A stretch of 64,000 bases of DNA from the NCBI GenBank assembly GCA_020137815.1, contig CM035351.1, positions 1,612,001-1,676,000 of the forward strand. Reading direction: 5' to 3'. This DNA is from Hormiphora californensis (Eukaryota; Animalia; Ctenophora). Positions 24,668-49,700 of this stretch are shown here, piece after piece. Made by a program: the position numbers and the translations under genes. The notes under the pieces were generated by a model. That model was not told the origin of the DNA, searched no databases, and was given only the letters and a program-made list of their open reading frames with translations. Numbering within the stretch: position 1 is the first letter of the stretch; each line of letters begins with the position of its first letter.

Positions 24668-26935
24668 ATTATTATTATTAAATCTGTTTACAATAATTTG
24701 ACACTGTCAATATTGCCCTCCTATTTGCGAGGAAAATGGAACTCTCTAGGTCTCTTTCACACTTTCTCAGCTGTCAGATCATACAAAAAAATATAAAATG
24801 TCGATTAAAATACTGATTAGATAATGATTAAAATATATTGTAAATTGATTAAATAAGTTAGTTAAAAATTCACTCCGTGGAGTGCGATTCGTACACAGTG
24901 TGTACGTCTCGGGCTGGTCAGTTATACATTTACAATTAATTAGAATATAAACCCATTACACAAGCAGTTGATCCCCAAATAAAGATTGTTCTATTACAGC
25001 TCTTACTAGCTTTCTAAAGTTCGATTTTACCTGCTTGTCTTTGGAGAAAATTAGTGGAAGATGGAAGTTCATTTCATAAGAAGATATCACCCTTAGTTCC
25101 TCACGGGGCCCTTCCACATCTTTTATCGCAGAACATTCAAACAACTTGTGGAATGTTGAATCTGGGAGTTGGCCACATTCAAGACAATTGGGAACTGTAA
25201 GTGATCGCTCGTATCTCAGGTAACTGAAGCTGAAGTCTTGAAAACGTAAGGATCTGCCATGTACAAAGTCTAAGACCTGAGATGAGTTCTGTCGGGACAT
25301 GTTTCTTGGAATTATGGGGAAATCCAAAGTGGCCTCTGAGTTGATAAGGTTGGCGAGTTCTTCTTGAGAGTGAATAGGAAGTATGCTGAAAGGGTCATCT
25401 CGAGTCAAATGGTTAATCGATGATTTGAGTGACCGGTCCCATAAACTACATGTGTACTGTCTCATTTCCTCTTTTGAGTACAGGAAAGTGTCCGGCTCTA
25501 AACTTCCCAAGTTAATAGTTCTGATTGAATCTCTGTTAGAATCCTGGATCTGGACACCGTCTAGTTGAGTCGACTTCCAAACCAAATATCTTTTGGTAGC
25601 AGCAATCTGCCAGAAGAACACATGATTTTGTTCCGCTTCAATTTGTAGTAGTTTAGCTGATATATTATCTTTAGCTGCAAGGCCTTTTAGGACAAATTTG
25701 GTTACCACTGTTTCCACAAGAACGTCAATAGGAGGCACGCATGCTAGGAGTTCTGACAGAGGTTTGGCTATGTGAACTTGTCCCCCTGTTATCTTCAGCC
25801 GTGCTCGGGAAAGAAGATCTCCGAAGAAGTCCGTTCGCTGTCTTAACCAAACTGGTGCTGCATAAAGGATCTTTGTCAAGATTACTGTTCTGAATAGTAG
25901 CGAAAGCCCCGAACTGTTAATCCCTGTCAGTCGACCAGTCATTGAGGTTAATGTGTTCCAGTTAAACCAGCATCTTTTCAGTACATCAGCAGCATGAGTC
26001 ATGAAATTTAGGTTACTATCAATGTAAACCCCAAGGACTTTACTATTCTTGGCAAAAGAGACAACTTTATTTCCAATCTTCAGTTGCTGAGGTGATGCAC
26101 TATCATCTGATGAACCCCTTGGTCTGATGATGACAATCTCTGTTTTATTTCTATCACAGTTCACCGCTAGTCTCCACTTCCGACACCAGTTGTGAATGTA
26201 GTCCAAAACTATTGCCATAGTTCTCTCGCATTGAGTCTGGTCTCCAAAAACCAACACAGATCCGTCGTCGGCGAACTTGAATGCTTCAGTCCTACATCTC
26301 ACCTCCTCCGGCAGATTTTTGGTGCAGAGTAAGTCAGAGATGTAGAGAATGAATAGGATTGGAGAGAGGACTGCCCCCTGGGGAAGGCCTACTCTTCCAC
26401 ACCTACGGAGTGGGCCAAGAACTCCATTGATCTTCAAACGAACACTTCTTTGTGAAAGCATGTTGTCGATAAGGTTCAACAGCATTCCATTGATTCCAAG
26501 TTTATGGAGCTTCACAATCAAACATTCATGGGGAACTGAGTCAAAAGCTTTTTGGAAATCTATACACAACAGAAAGGCTGTCAGCTTTCTTCTGCGTGTT
26601 TCATGAACGGTCGATAGCAGCTTGAAGAGATAGCGAGTGGTGTTTCGTGCCGGTAGGAAGCCCTCTTGTTCCTCATCTGGTATTGATTCCATGGCGCAAA
26701 GATCTTTAATTCTTTTGTCCATAACCCTTTCAAGCATCTTTCCGATGTACGATGATATTGTGATGGGTCGGAAGGAACCTGGTTTTACATAGGACGACTT
26801 TCCAGGTTTCTGGATGAATGTAACGTAGGAAGAGTTCCACAGCCATCGACCCAGCTTTAGGCATCTCGAAAACATATCGGCTAAGTACTGCACAGTTCTG
26901 TGGCGAAGGTGTTTCAGCAATTTGAAAATGATATG
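24668..26935 (-). mobile_element. 5'-truncated non-LTR retrotransposon (LINE) with RT and C-terminal CCHC
   Basis: FRPITISS, QEGF, IDFQKAFDSVPH, GLPQGAVLSP, KFADD and CLECGQLPDSTFHKLFEC; ORF ends at 24956. Possible (TAA)n tail at ~24668-24681. Boundaries approximate; no TSD seen. Confidence 0.9.
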
Positions 26936-29169
26936 TATTATGTAGGCACTAGGCACTAGGCCCGAAGACGTGTTCCAACGCACACCCGGTCGCAATGTAT
27001 ATCTATAGTTGGGTCACATGTCACACACATTCAAATGGACGGCTTGGTAGTCCCCGGATCGAATCACAGTAGAACGATCTAATCCTCCTTCCCCAGTGTT
27101 AGCAGGATTAGAAGGATCGGATCACATTTACACCGGAGAGGGAGAGATAGAGAACGAGAAAGTGCCAAGTTGGGGCATCAAGACACGAAAATCGGTACAT
27201 ATTTTGTCCACGCTAGACCAAAAGCCTAATGCCTATTGAAGTTATTGAAGGTGAGGTAAGAGATTCTTTCGGGAATATCGCAGCACCAGGGGATCCAGGC
27301 TTTCTTCGCCACTGTGTAGCACCCTGCCTCACGGGACTCGGCCAGGGACGGCGCTCGTGGGTGTCCGGGTGTCCGCGGACACCCAGGCCAAATAGGCGGA
27401 GAGAGAAAAGAAGGAAAAATGGGAAAAAACCCTGCATCTCCGGACTCGGCTTTTTTTAAATAGCCGTCTTAACTAAAAAAATGATCATGTCATGACGAAG
27501 TTTGAAATAAAAAAATAGGAGGAGGGGCCTGTAACCTGTTTTGATAGCAGGAATGGGCCCGCTACCCACAGAGCGATCAGGGATGGCTATTTCCATAGAA
27601 CAGTCAGTTTGTGGAATAAGTTACCCTTTTCGATCAGGCAGTGCAATTCACTACCCCTCTTTAATAAGCTAGTGAAGAAGCATATCTCAGGAACAATCGT
27701 CCCTGATGATATTCTCTGATCTTGCTCGTACTTGTTTATCAGTCACATCCACCCTTTCTCTTTCTCCTCTTCCTTCACCTTCTCCCTTCCGAGTGTAAAG
27801 CCGCATGACCATGTTTTGCGGTCGTGGTATACCGCAGCAACCAGCACGAAAACCCTTCTCTAATGGTTTTATATTGCGTCAAGGCGAAACTAAATTTTCG
27901 TTGAGATCAAGTTTTGTTAGTAAGGGACCCTTAGTTGCAGCCCTAATGCTGTGTGGGTCCCCTGGGTGCGTGAGTGTAACTTATTTGAAGCTATTGATTT
28001 ATAAATGTCTCCCACCCAAAATAGTTCTACCCAATAAAAAAAACAGGAAAAACACGAAAAAAAGACGAAAGACGAAAAAAAGTTGAAAGTTTCAAAAGTC
28101 CAGTTTTTTAATGCGGCGCAGGCTTTTGCAGTGGAATATTGTGGAGAAATACGTTTTCCGCGCGTTACGTGTCTTTAGGCAAAATGTGTCGCGCGGCGTA
28201 GTTCATTCAAAAAAGAGTCTGGCTGACTGAAAATTTTTGACCGTTTGATTTTTCTTTTCGGCTCTCCGCTCTTTAGAAATGAAAATTGCTGCCAGCTGCC
28301 CTGCACTGAGGCCTGAGCTTAGGTTTGCCGTCTGCGAGGCGCCTGCTATGCCGCATGTAGCATATGACAACTTTGGCACCTTGCATATGCCATACGCTCA
28401 TGACTCAGCGGCCATCGCCGGCCACTTTTTGGAATTTGGTGTCAAGTGTCAACCTCAAAGTTGCATATCTCGCCATCAGAAAGATCGAACATTTTGTCTT
28501 TCTCAGCTTTCCGTTTCATCGATAGAAATATATCAATTTGACAATTTGTCTTTGGCCCAACTTGGGTCGCCCAAGACTTTGGATGCAGTTTGACTTAGTG
28601 AGTAATCATTGTCTAGCACAGTAATTCAACCATGGATTTCAAAAATTGAGACCAAGAAGAAAAGGAATCATGAGAGCTACAGAGTTCTACAAAACAGTTG
28701 ACTGTTCTCTGAGGACACTTCACGTTCTGTTTTCTCGAAAAGTCACAATTGCCAAGGTACTTTTATGAAAGAAGTGATCGATAGTTACTAAAAAGGTCTA
28801 ATTCTTAGGGTTCTGATGTCCTCCAAACGCCGTATTTATGGATCGATTCACTGGAAAGTCTTTCTCCTACTCGGTATACACCCGGTTTTTAGGAACAAAC
28901 ATTGGATAAGCATCGTCTGAAATTCAATATTTTGGTGATCAAAGAATACCTATTACATTCTTCAGAAACGACATTATCAAACAGTTTGATTCGGCGATTC
29001 CAGTTGAGGTGAAGAACTCAGTACTAACTTTTGATTCTGGGACTAACCCTCATCTAAGCAAGCCTAGGCAGCTGTTTTACAGTGGACGTGTATCGGTGGG
29101 TAGCAAATGCAAACATGCTACTTAAATCAGGTAAAACATTGCTTGTTTTGTTAGGTTCTCCCACACGGG

Positions 29170-31606
29170 ATGGAAGATGAAACTACGTGTGAGGGTATGA
29201 TGCTGAGGTTGTGTGTCGTGAACGAGGAAGATAATCCTGGTGAGTTGGGTGCTCTCCTCCACCAGCCCAATGTGGACCTTTCCTCCGTGTCCCAGGCCCT
29301 TGGAATATCCAGGTATTACAAATAATTTCTGGCACTGCTAGAAATTCCATTCAAATTGAGTAGTTTGAATTTCTGAGATCGCTTTCGCTTGCAAACTCGG
29401 TGTGAATCGAAAACGAGACATGTAGCGATGTTTTTTTCAGGATTGTAGAAGCCGATGAAGTTGTGGGAACATTTAATGGTCTAACTGGTTTATCATGGAC
29501 AGTACCAGATAAAACATCTGAGGAACGGGAGAGTCCAAAATTAGAAACTGGTGAAGGGATTGGCCCTAACACGGGGAATGCTGGTGAAGCGGTCGAGGAT
29601 CATTCTACCACAGTGAATTCTACTGATGCTACTATGGATGGTGGTTCTATTGATTCACTGGAATCGTTGCCCAAGGAGACTATCACCATGGTTGCAGAGT
29701 TGACAGCTGGGCAGTCTGCTTCAGAGGGTGATATTTGGAAACTTCTCAGACAGAAACGCCTCACTGCTTCTCGTTTTGGTGTTGTTCTCAAGGTAACACT
29801 TGTAGTCGCCAACTACAATAATTGTACAATTATTGTACTTGTGTTACATACAAATCACTAATTAATTTGCAGGCAATTGATAGAGGCAGGTACCCTAAAT
29901 CCCTGTTTAAAACTCTGTTGAACGAGTATGATGTTAGTGGGGCGGCGCCCATCATATGGGGAAATGAGAACGAGGAAAATGCTAAGATAGCATATGAGAA
30001 AGTGACAGGTGAATAATCACGAATTATACTTTCCACATTTATAGTGAGATCTCGATTATATCCCTGAGAACCTTGGTTACGAAGTTACCCCTTGACAGCG
30101 CTCTAAACAGAGTGTGAGGTGTCTTCGATACCAACTGAGAACTCCCCAGTCTTGCCTACAACTAATTCATCCCCCCTTACTATAACAGGTACACCAGTGC
30201 AGGACACTGGTTTGTGGTTACACTCCAGTGGTATCCTAGGAGCATCCCCGGATGGATTGTTACCGGATGGTAAAGGCCTAGTGGAGTTCAAATGCCCCTA
30301 TTCTTCACGAGAGTGTTCTATCGAGGAAACCATCGACACAAACAGCAGGTTTTATCTTCAGAGAGACGGAGAGGGAGACATTCAACTTGACAAGTCACAC
30401 GGGTACTATCACCAGGTAAATTATATTCTCTCTAAAATCCCTTTTCAAGTGGCTCAATATTTTCCACCCTGTCAGTTGAATTGCAGTGCACGATATCTCA
30501 GCTCAATATTAATTTGATTCATTGGTGGTATTGACACCTCTTCCTCCCTCTCCCTTAGATCCAAGGCATGCTTCACATTATTGACAGGGAATATTGTGAT
30601 TTCTGTGTGTGGAGCCCCGTATCAGACCCCGTAATCATCCGAATACCCCGAGATCCAGTCTGGGAGGTGTGTCTAGAAAAACTTATCGGATTCTACTTTG
30701 AGCAGTTTCTACCCAAGATAGCTGGAAGTGAAACTACTGATAAGAGAGAGCTGTATCGGACATACCGGGATATTGTCAAGTCAATTGATCTGGTTCTCAG
30801 TGATTATTCCCGGAAACGAACCGAACGAAAAGCAGGGAAACTCAAAGAAGAAGAAGAAGAGACTGCCAGCTCCCTGGATCTATCTGAGTTACCCACCCTG
30901 TCACCCTCGTACATAGCACAGCTGGCGGGAACAACTGCAACACCCCTTGGAGCACGGGAGGGTAAGGCGTGGTGGGCGCTCCGGGAACACCGCCTCACAT
31001 CTTCCTCTTTCCACAAAGTCCTGTCTGCTGTCAACAGGGGGAAATATCCTGAATCTCTCTTTAAATCGGTTATGGATGAGTACTTCATGACAAACACCAC
31101 CATCTCTAGGACAGTATTCAGTGCAACTATAGATGCTTTGGATGCCTATCAGAAGGACCAGGGGGTTGGTTTGGTACCTAGTGGGATATGGTTGGATAAG
31201 AGTGGGGTTCTGGGAGCTAGTATCAAGGCGCTCCATCCTGATGGGTTGACAATGGTCGATGTGCGGTGTCTGGTTAGGGGTGGTGACCTGGACACATTGA
31301 TAGCGAAGGGGTCCCAGTTTCACTTGTATAGAGAGGAGGGTGGTGAGGTGGGAGTGAGAAGAGGGCACAGGGTGTGGGATAAGATACAGGGTTCAATGCA
31401 CCTTATCAGGAAGGGAGGCATGTGATGTTGTGACATTCAGTAATGGTGCGATTATTGATGTTACTAGGGTCCCCAGAGATGAGGCATGGTCCCACAACTT
31501 GGAGATACTCCGAGCCTTTTATGTGGAGAGATTGTTTCCTAGGCTGTGTGCCAAGTGGGGTTATGAGAACGTGCTGTGTGATTTAAACCGGCTGGGTGAA
31601 AAATGA
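29170..31606 (+). CDS. Intron-containing protein with two tandem YqaJ/lambda-exonuclease-like domains
   Basis: Domain 1: WKLLRQKRLTASRFG...WGNENEENA...GASPDG...LVEFKCPY...YYHQIQGML...CDFCVW. Domain 2: WWALREHRLTSSSF...GASIKA...MVDVRCL...KIQGSM. Five exons; +1 frameshift at ~31414. Confidence 0.85.
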
Positions 31607-31855
31607 GGTGACAATATTTTTATATTTTTATTGTTTTTTATTACTTTTATGACGAATATGTTTTCTTAAATATGTAGTTTGTTATCTTCTAATAGTACAT
31701 TCAGCTGGCAATGACTGTCCGCTTGTGTAAAGTTCTTCTCTTCAGCATTGTCTGGTTGCCTTGCTCGACACTGCTTCCCAGCGCCCCTATAGTTAGCACA
31801 TTATAACAACTGTCTAGGTCTGGATAATTTTGTTTAGAAACTGAAGGGATGTAAT

Positions 31856-32887
31856 TTAGTTGCGAAGTTGCTCCAGTTGAATAGAAGTAGCACGGCCTCT
31901 AATTGATACCGTGATCGTATTGTTCTTCTTCAGAACAGGGCCAGAAGTACAAAAATAAACCGTTGGATTCAGAGCTGACAGTAGTATTGGCAGGATAACA
32001 AAAAATGTGGTACTGGAAATTTTGTACGTGTAGGAGGGAGACATACCCCTGGCTACTTTAACTGCTGTTCTCATTGAGCTACCCACATACATCACCAGGA
32101 GAACTGTATGAAAGATACTTCCTGCGTTTAGTAGGAGTATCCGCAAAGTTATCTTGTTTGTATCTCGACCCGATTGACTCGCAGCAATACCTCTCGTGTT
32201 TCTGAGATGGGCAATAGTGAGTCCTACAAAAACCACTCCAACCACTTGGAATACAAAGGGCAGGAGTAGAGTGAGATGCAAGGAAAATAGTTGTTGTAGA
32301 GTGTTGGCAGTCTTCAAGTTGAACGGATTGAGATTTGCTGCGATCAAAACAGGCTGTAACCACACCATGTGCCTCTTGTTCAGCAGCGACTTCCCAGCAG
32401 TTGTAATTGTAAGAGTTATAGATACAGCCCCTGCTATTGCGAGATAAAGTCTCTTTCGTGGTGTACGGAGAGGGAACTTTAGCTGAAAGTACCGTGCAAT
32501 TAGCATAGTTGTAGTCAGCAGATTGGGTATCATTATTGTAGTTGTGAGGGTCACACTGTAAATGAAAATACCAGTTGTTACCGGCACTTCTTTTCTACAG
32601 GGATGTGAAGTTAGCTGTTTTGTACTACTTCCTGAATCAGAGGTTTGGGAATCCTCATCACATGTGGGTAGGATGAAGGCGAAAGCAGCGTAGATTTGAA
32701 GGATACTGCTGATTAGATTTAGTAGGGGGATGAGGAAGCTAGTTACTCGGTGGACGTTGAATGGAGCACCCAGGTGCCGGTACATAACGGGTGGGTTTAG
32801 AACCACTGATATCAACCCGCACACTACAACAAATAGAAACAAACCAAAATCTGGGAACGAGGTACCTCCACTCGAGTAAAATGCCAT
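31856..32887 (-). CDS. Intronless rhodopsin-class 7TM GPCR
   Basis: Seven hydrophobic segments; TM3 end IARYFQLKFPL (DRY variant); TM7 SALNPTVYF (NPxxY). Confidence 0.85.
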   Translation of the reverse strand: MAFYSSGGTSFPDFGLFLFVVVCGLISVVLNPPVMYRHLGAPFNVHRVTSFLIPLLNLISSILQIYAAFAFILPTCDEDSQTSDSGSSTKQLTSHPCRKEVPVTTGIFIYSVTLTTTIMIPNLLTTTMLIARYFQLKFPLRTPRKRLYLAIAGAVSITLTITTAGKSLLNKRHMVWLQPVLIAANLNPFNLKTANTLQQLFSLHLTLLLPFVFQVVGVVFVGLTIAHLRNTRGIAASQSGRDTNKITLRILLLNAGSIFHTVLLVMYVGSSMRTAVKVARGMSPSYTYKISSTTFFVILPILLSALNPTVYFCTSGPVLKKNNTITVSIRGRATSIQLEQLRN

Positions 32888-33346
32888 ATCTGTAACTCAG
32901 TAGCTAGTTGGTAAAAGAAGTAGCAAATACAAGAGTTGTATGTGGTAGCAAGCGTAGTTGGTGAGGTCAGATCTAAGATATAAGACATTCGACAATAAAC
33001 GACTCGTTACTAAGTGCTACCAAGATGATATCAGCAATAAAGAAGTTTCTAGCACGTGTCACACGTAATTATGGGTGTGGGATCCTATTTTTAGAGCTCT
33101 TCTATAATGGACAAGTGTTCCACTAGAACAATAAAAGAGAGAGAGATCCCCTGCCCAATCTCGTTCCCACGTTGTTTACTATCAGATCACGCTATTCCAG
33201 TGCTAGGGGAACATTAAGTAAAAGTGCTCTGCGCTCTCCCTTCCTCCCTCTCTCCCTTCCTCCCTCCCCTTCTCCCTCTCTGTCACGTACTAAAAAACAT
33301 GCCCAACTATTATAGCAAGAAACTCTATCTTCTAGCACATGGTTAT

Positions 33347-45768
<12,422 letters not shown>

Positions 45769-46793
45769 AGAAGTTTAATTTTAAGTTAAATAGTAATCCC
45801 TTATTTAGGCCTGATATTCTTGTGGTTAATCTGATAAAATGTACTGTTATACAGCTTGATATATGTCTTAGCTGACTTTTAGTCTTAGTGCACCTCTGAC
45901 TCAGTTTTAGTCTTGGTGTAAGTTAAGGTTACATTTACAGTTACCAGTACAGTGCAGTAAGTGTGTAACTCAGTTACACTTACAGTTACTATCTGTAACT
46001 GTAACTCTTGAGCTCCAATTATGTGGTTTTGAACGTGATATTTCCGATTGTTTTGTATGTGAAACTGAATGTGATACTAATAGTAAAACTATTGAAAATA
46101 TTTATCATTATTCAATGGTTTATTTTGTTTTTACCGTTAGAATTTTGTATATCACGCGCTGGCGCAAGAAATTTTCTAATGCGTGATGCACACGGCGCCA
46201 CGCGCGGCTATTTTGCTCTATGAAAAACATTCCTTCTTTTCAAAAATTTGTTCACTCTTTCCAGAAAAAGAGGCAATTGTTAAAATCTCAAATCTCGTTG
46301 GTTGGCACGGCTTCATTGGGGACTGCAGCGTAGGCCAACCTCGTTGGGCTTGTACCTACCTAACCTCTTCGGGGTTCCTATTGAAGGTGTCGCTGTATTT
46401 AGGGACGGAACTGGGTGTCAGGGTCCGCCGGCAGCAGTCACGGACAGGCGACAGCCTGTCCGGGACAGGGGCGAATCCCCACAAGCGGGGCACAGTGGAC
46501 AGTCCAGGGTCTTTTCATTTGATGATGAATGATGATCAAATTAAGGCCCAGGGGCTGCAAGGTGCAAGCCCCTGTAGCCGTCGAGGGGAGCGATTTTGAC
46601 GCATGGTTTAGGCCACCCCTGAGGTTCCTAGTGGGTTATTTATATTGTTTAGGCCACACCGTGTTGTGACCCGCACGGTTTTTAGTTTGAACGTTTTTAA
46701 CGGCAAATAGGGGCTTGACGGAGAACAGCCATTGTTGTTACAACCAAGGTGCATTATATTATTTAACTGATAAAATATTATTTTCATAGCATC

Positions 46794-49700
46794 ATGCTAG
46801 CAAACAGGTTGCCCCGAACACTAAACTTTTTCCGACGGGCACTCTCCTCGACTAATGGAGTGTGGGAAAACAAAAGCAATATGCCGATACCAACAGATAA
46901 TGCCCATAAATGCCTTCTGGAACAATTATCGTCCCTCCCAACCAACTCGATTGTGAGTATTTGATGCCTAATGTATGTGTTAACCAGTTGTTAAACACTC
47001 GCTAATTGTCCCCTCAGATGAACAGGATGACTGGTGACAAAGTCAGCTTTCCTGAGATGGCAGACAGATCTCTTCGTGTGGCTGCGAAGTTGAGGAGTTG
47101 TGGTGTCAGAGAGGGGGATCATGTCATGCTGTTTAGCCCTAACCACGAGAATTATGTGTCTTCTGTTGTGGGACTGATGTCTATTGGTGCGGTGCCGTGT
47201 CTTGCAAACCCTTCCTACACAGGTACACAGTTACTGGATTTTGTTGTTGCCACGTACAGGGTGATTCTTGCTGTGTTCTAAGCCTCCTTTACATTTTTAA
47301 AGAGAGAGGGTCAATACTACAGAATACCCTTTTCTCTTTTACTCAGATCAAATTTATGCCACACTTCCACAGAATACGAATTGGGGGCGCTGTGCAAGTC
47401 GTCTGATATCAAGTTCCTTGTGAGTGGTGCTGTCAACATGCCCATAGCCAGGAAGATCTCTGAGTCGCAGAACATCCCAATACTCTATGTAGTTGATGAG
47501 CAGGAGGGATGGACGGCGGGGACAGATCCAATCAGTGATTTGTATACCACTGATCTAGATGATATCGCCATTATTGCATACAGCAGTGGGACAACAGGTA
47601 CATGAGTCAGAGTCCAAGTTACAGTGCTGCTTGTAGTCGTATTACCGTAATAGAAATACAGTAATGAGACGCACACGTTGCATAACGCGCAGCAAAAAGT
47701 GCATGTGTTCAGCATGTACTAGCGCCCTGATTGGCCACGGTTGCGCGTCGTCTTACTGTATCTCCGTTTTCCATTACCGTTTTCCCACTACAAGCGACCG
47801 TGTTAGGACCGAAGAGTTCGTGAAAGACCCCATATCGATATAATAGTTTGGGTGACAATGTTTTGATGCTCAAATACTCACCAAACCCTCTCTCACTCCT
47901 AGTTTACTATTACCCACTTTGCAGGACTGCCCAAAGGAGTGATGTTGAGTCACAATAACCTGAACATTGAGCGGAAGCTGGTCAACACAGTGGGTGCTTT
48001 CGGTGTCACGGAGGGACTCCCCAATGTAGGTTAAACAACATTAGTGGATGTAATGATTGTAGTTTAAATAGTCTGCTTAATAACCCAGTTTTTAGAAACC
48101 ACTTTGTCATTCCGTTTTATGGGACTTCTCTCTGAATTGTGATATCAAGTGGAATCAGCGCTCTAACCAAAACCACTTTTCACAACAGCTGAACGTTTTG
48201 CCGTGGTATCACTGCTATGGATTTACCCAGATGTCAGTTTGCTTCGATGCAGGAATTGATGTTTGGTTGTTTAACAAGTTCGACCCTGAAATCTTCTTGA
48301 AGTCCATTGAAGAATCAAGGGTGAGTTTAGTGCTGAAACTTGACCACTGAAACTATAGAATTTATTATTATACCATTCCAATTCTCTCTCTCTCTCTTTA
48401 TTAGTAAATAGAAGAGTGCATACCGGCGGCCTCTTCTATTTACTGATCTTAATGCGCCTCATAAACATTTGGCCACTACAATCCCTGTTACCTCTCTCTT
48501 TACCAGACTGATTTCCTGGCCATCGTTCCTCCTTTGGTCATCTTCCTGGCAAAGCATCCAATGGTGTTGAACTACGATCTGTCAGCAGTTGAGGACATCA
48601 TCTCCGCTGCAGCACCCCTATCACAGGAAGTAATTGAAGAGACTATGGCACGACTCCCCAATCTGAAGCACATCCGACAAGGTATATAAAGTTTTCTGCA
48701 GGCTGTTGACAGCACTCAGCAGTACGAAGTCTATGAACGGGGTAGTACCCGGCACAAATGTATATAGTTATTAGTTAGCATACTTAGAGTACTATCAGGA
48801 GTGAGATCGAGAGAAATTCGATTATCGTGAAAAGATTACATTGGGAAACCTGATCGCCGCCGTAGCATATTTTACCAGAAATAATTACTGAAATGGTAAA
48901 ATATGCTAAGGATTCGCTTCAATGCATAACTAAATTATTCCATACAGGTTATGGGATGACTGAGACGTCCGCGGCCATAACAATGCAAGAGAAAACGTGC
49001 ACAAAAACTGGAAGTGTAGGAACACTGCTGGAACATTGCCAAATGAAGGTTAGATAGTTAGATAGTGTTAGATCCTGGTGTTTACTGTTCATACATGAAT
49101 TATATACTGATCCTCAGTCAAGTTAAGTGAGTTTTGTAAAGCCAGTTTGGACACGTTTGAAGCCTGATTTCATATTTCATGATGTCACCATGTCTCCCAC
49201 CTCTCTCTCTCTTTACCAGACTGATATCCTCGCAGGTTGTGGAACCAGGAACTGAGACCGTTCTACCTGACGGACAGGCAGGGGAGATTCTACTTGGGGG
49301 ACCCCTTATTATGAAGGGTATGAAAGAATTTTATTCAGACTAGCTAGGCCCAGCTGAAACCAGATATGGGAAGGCGATAATTTGATGATAATTGTGTAGC
49401 ACGCTGCAGCAGTCTATCGACATGTTTGTGCGTCTGTACATTCCACGTTACACTCAAGAATTGGCTCATATTTCACCGGAAGTACCTATTGACTGCTTGT
49501 AACTGTCTCCTACATATATCCCCTCAATTTTACTTGTTTTGTTCAAACCTTTTTATTTTTATTTTATAAGGGGGGAGGGAGGGTCGAACAAGGCAAAATT
49601 TTACTACATAATCAGTGTTGACTGTTGAGGTCGCTTACGGAAACTTGAGACACCTTATTAATATAAGTCTTTACATTTGTAATAGATATTACAAAATTGA

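Noticed and set aside
27213-28593. Short ORFs between the LINE and the YqaJ gene
   Set aside because: No motifs or splice structure; probably promoter or repeat-derived sequence.
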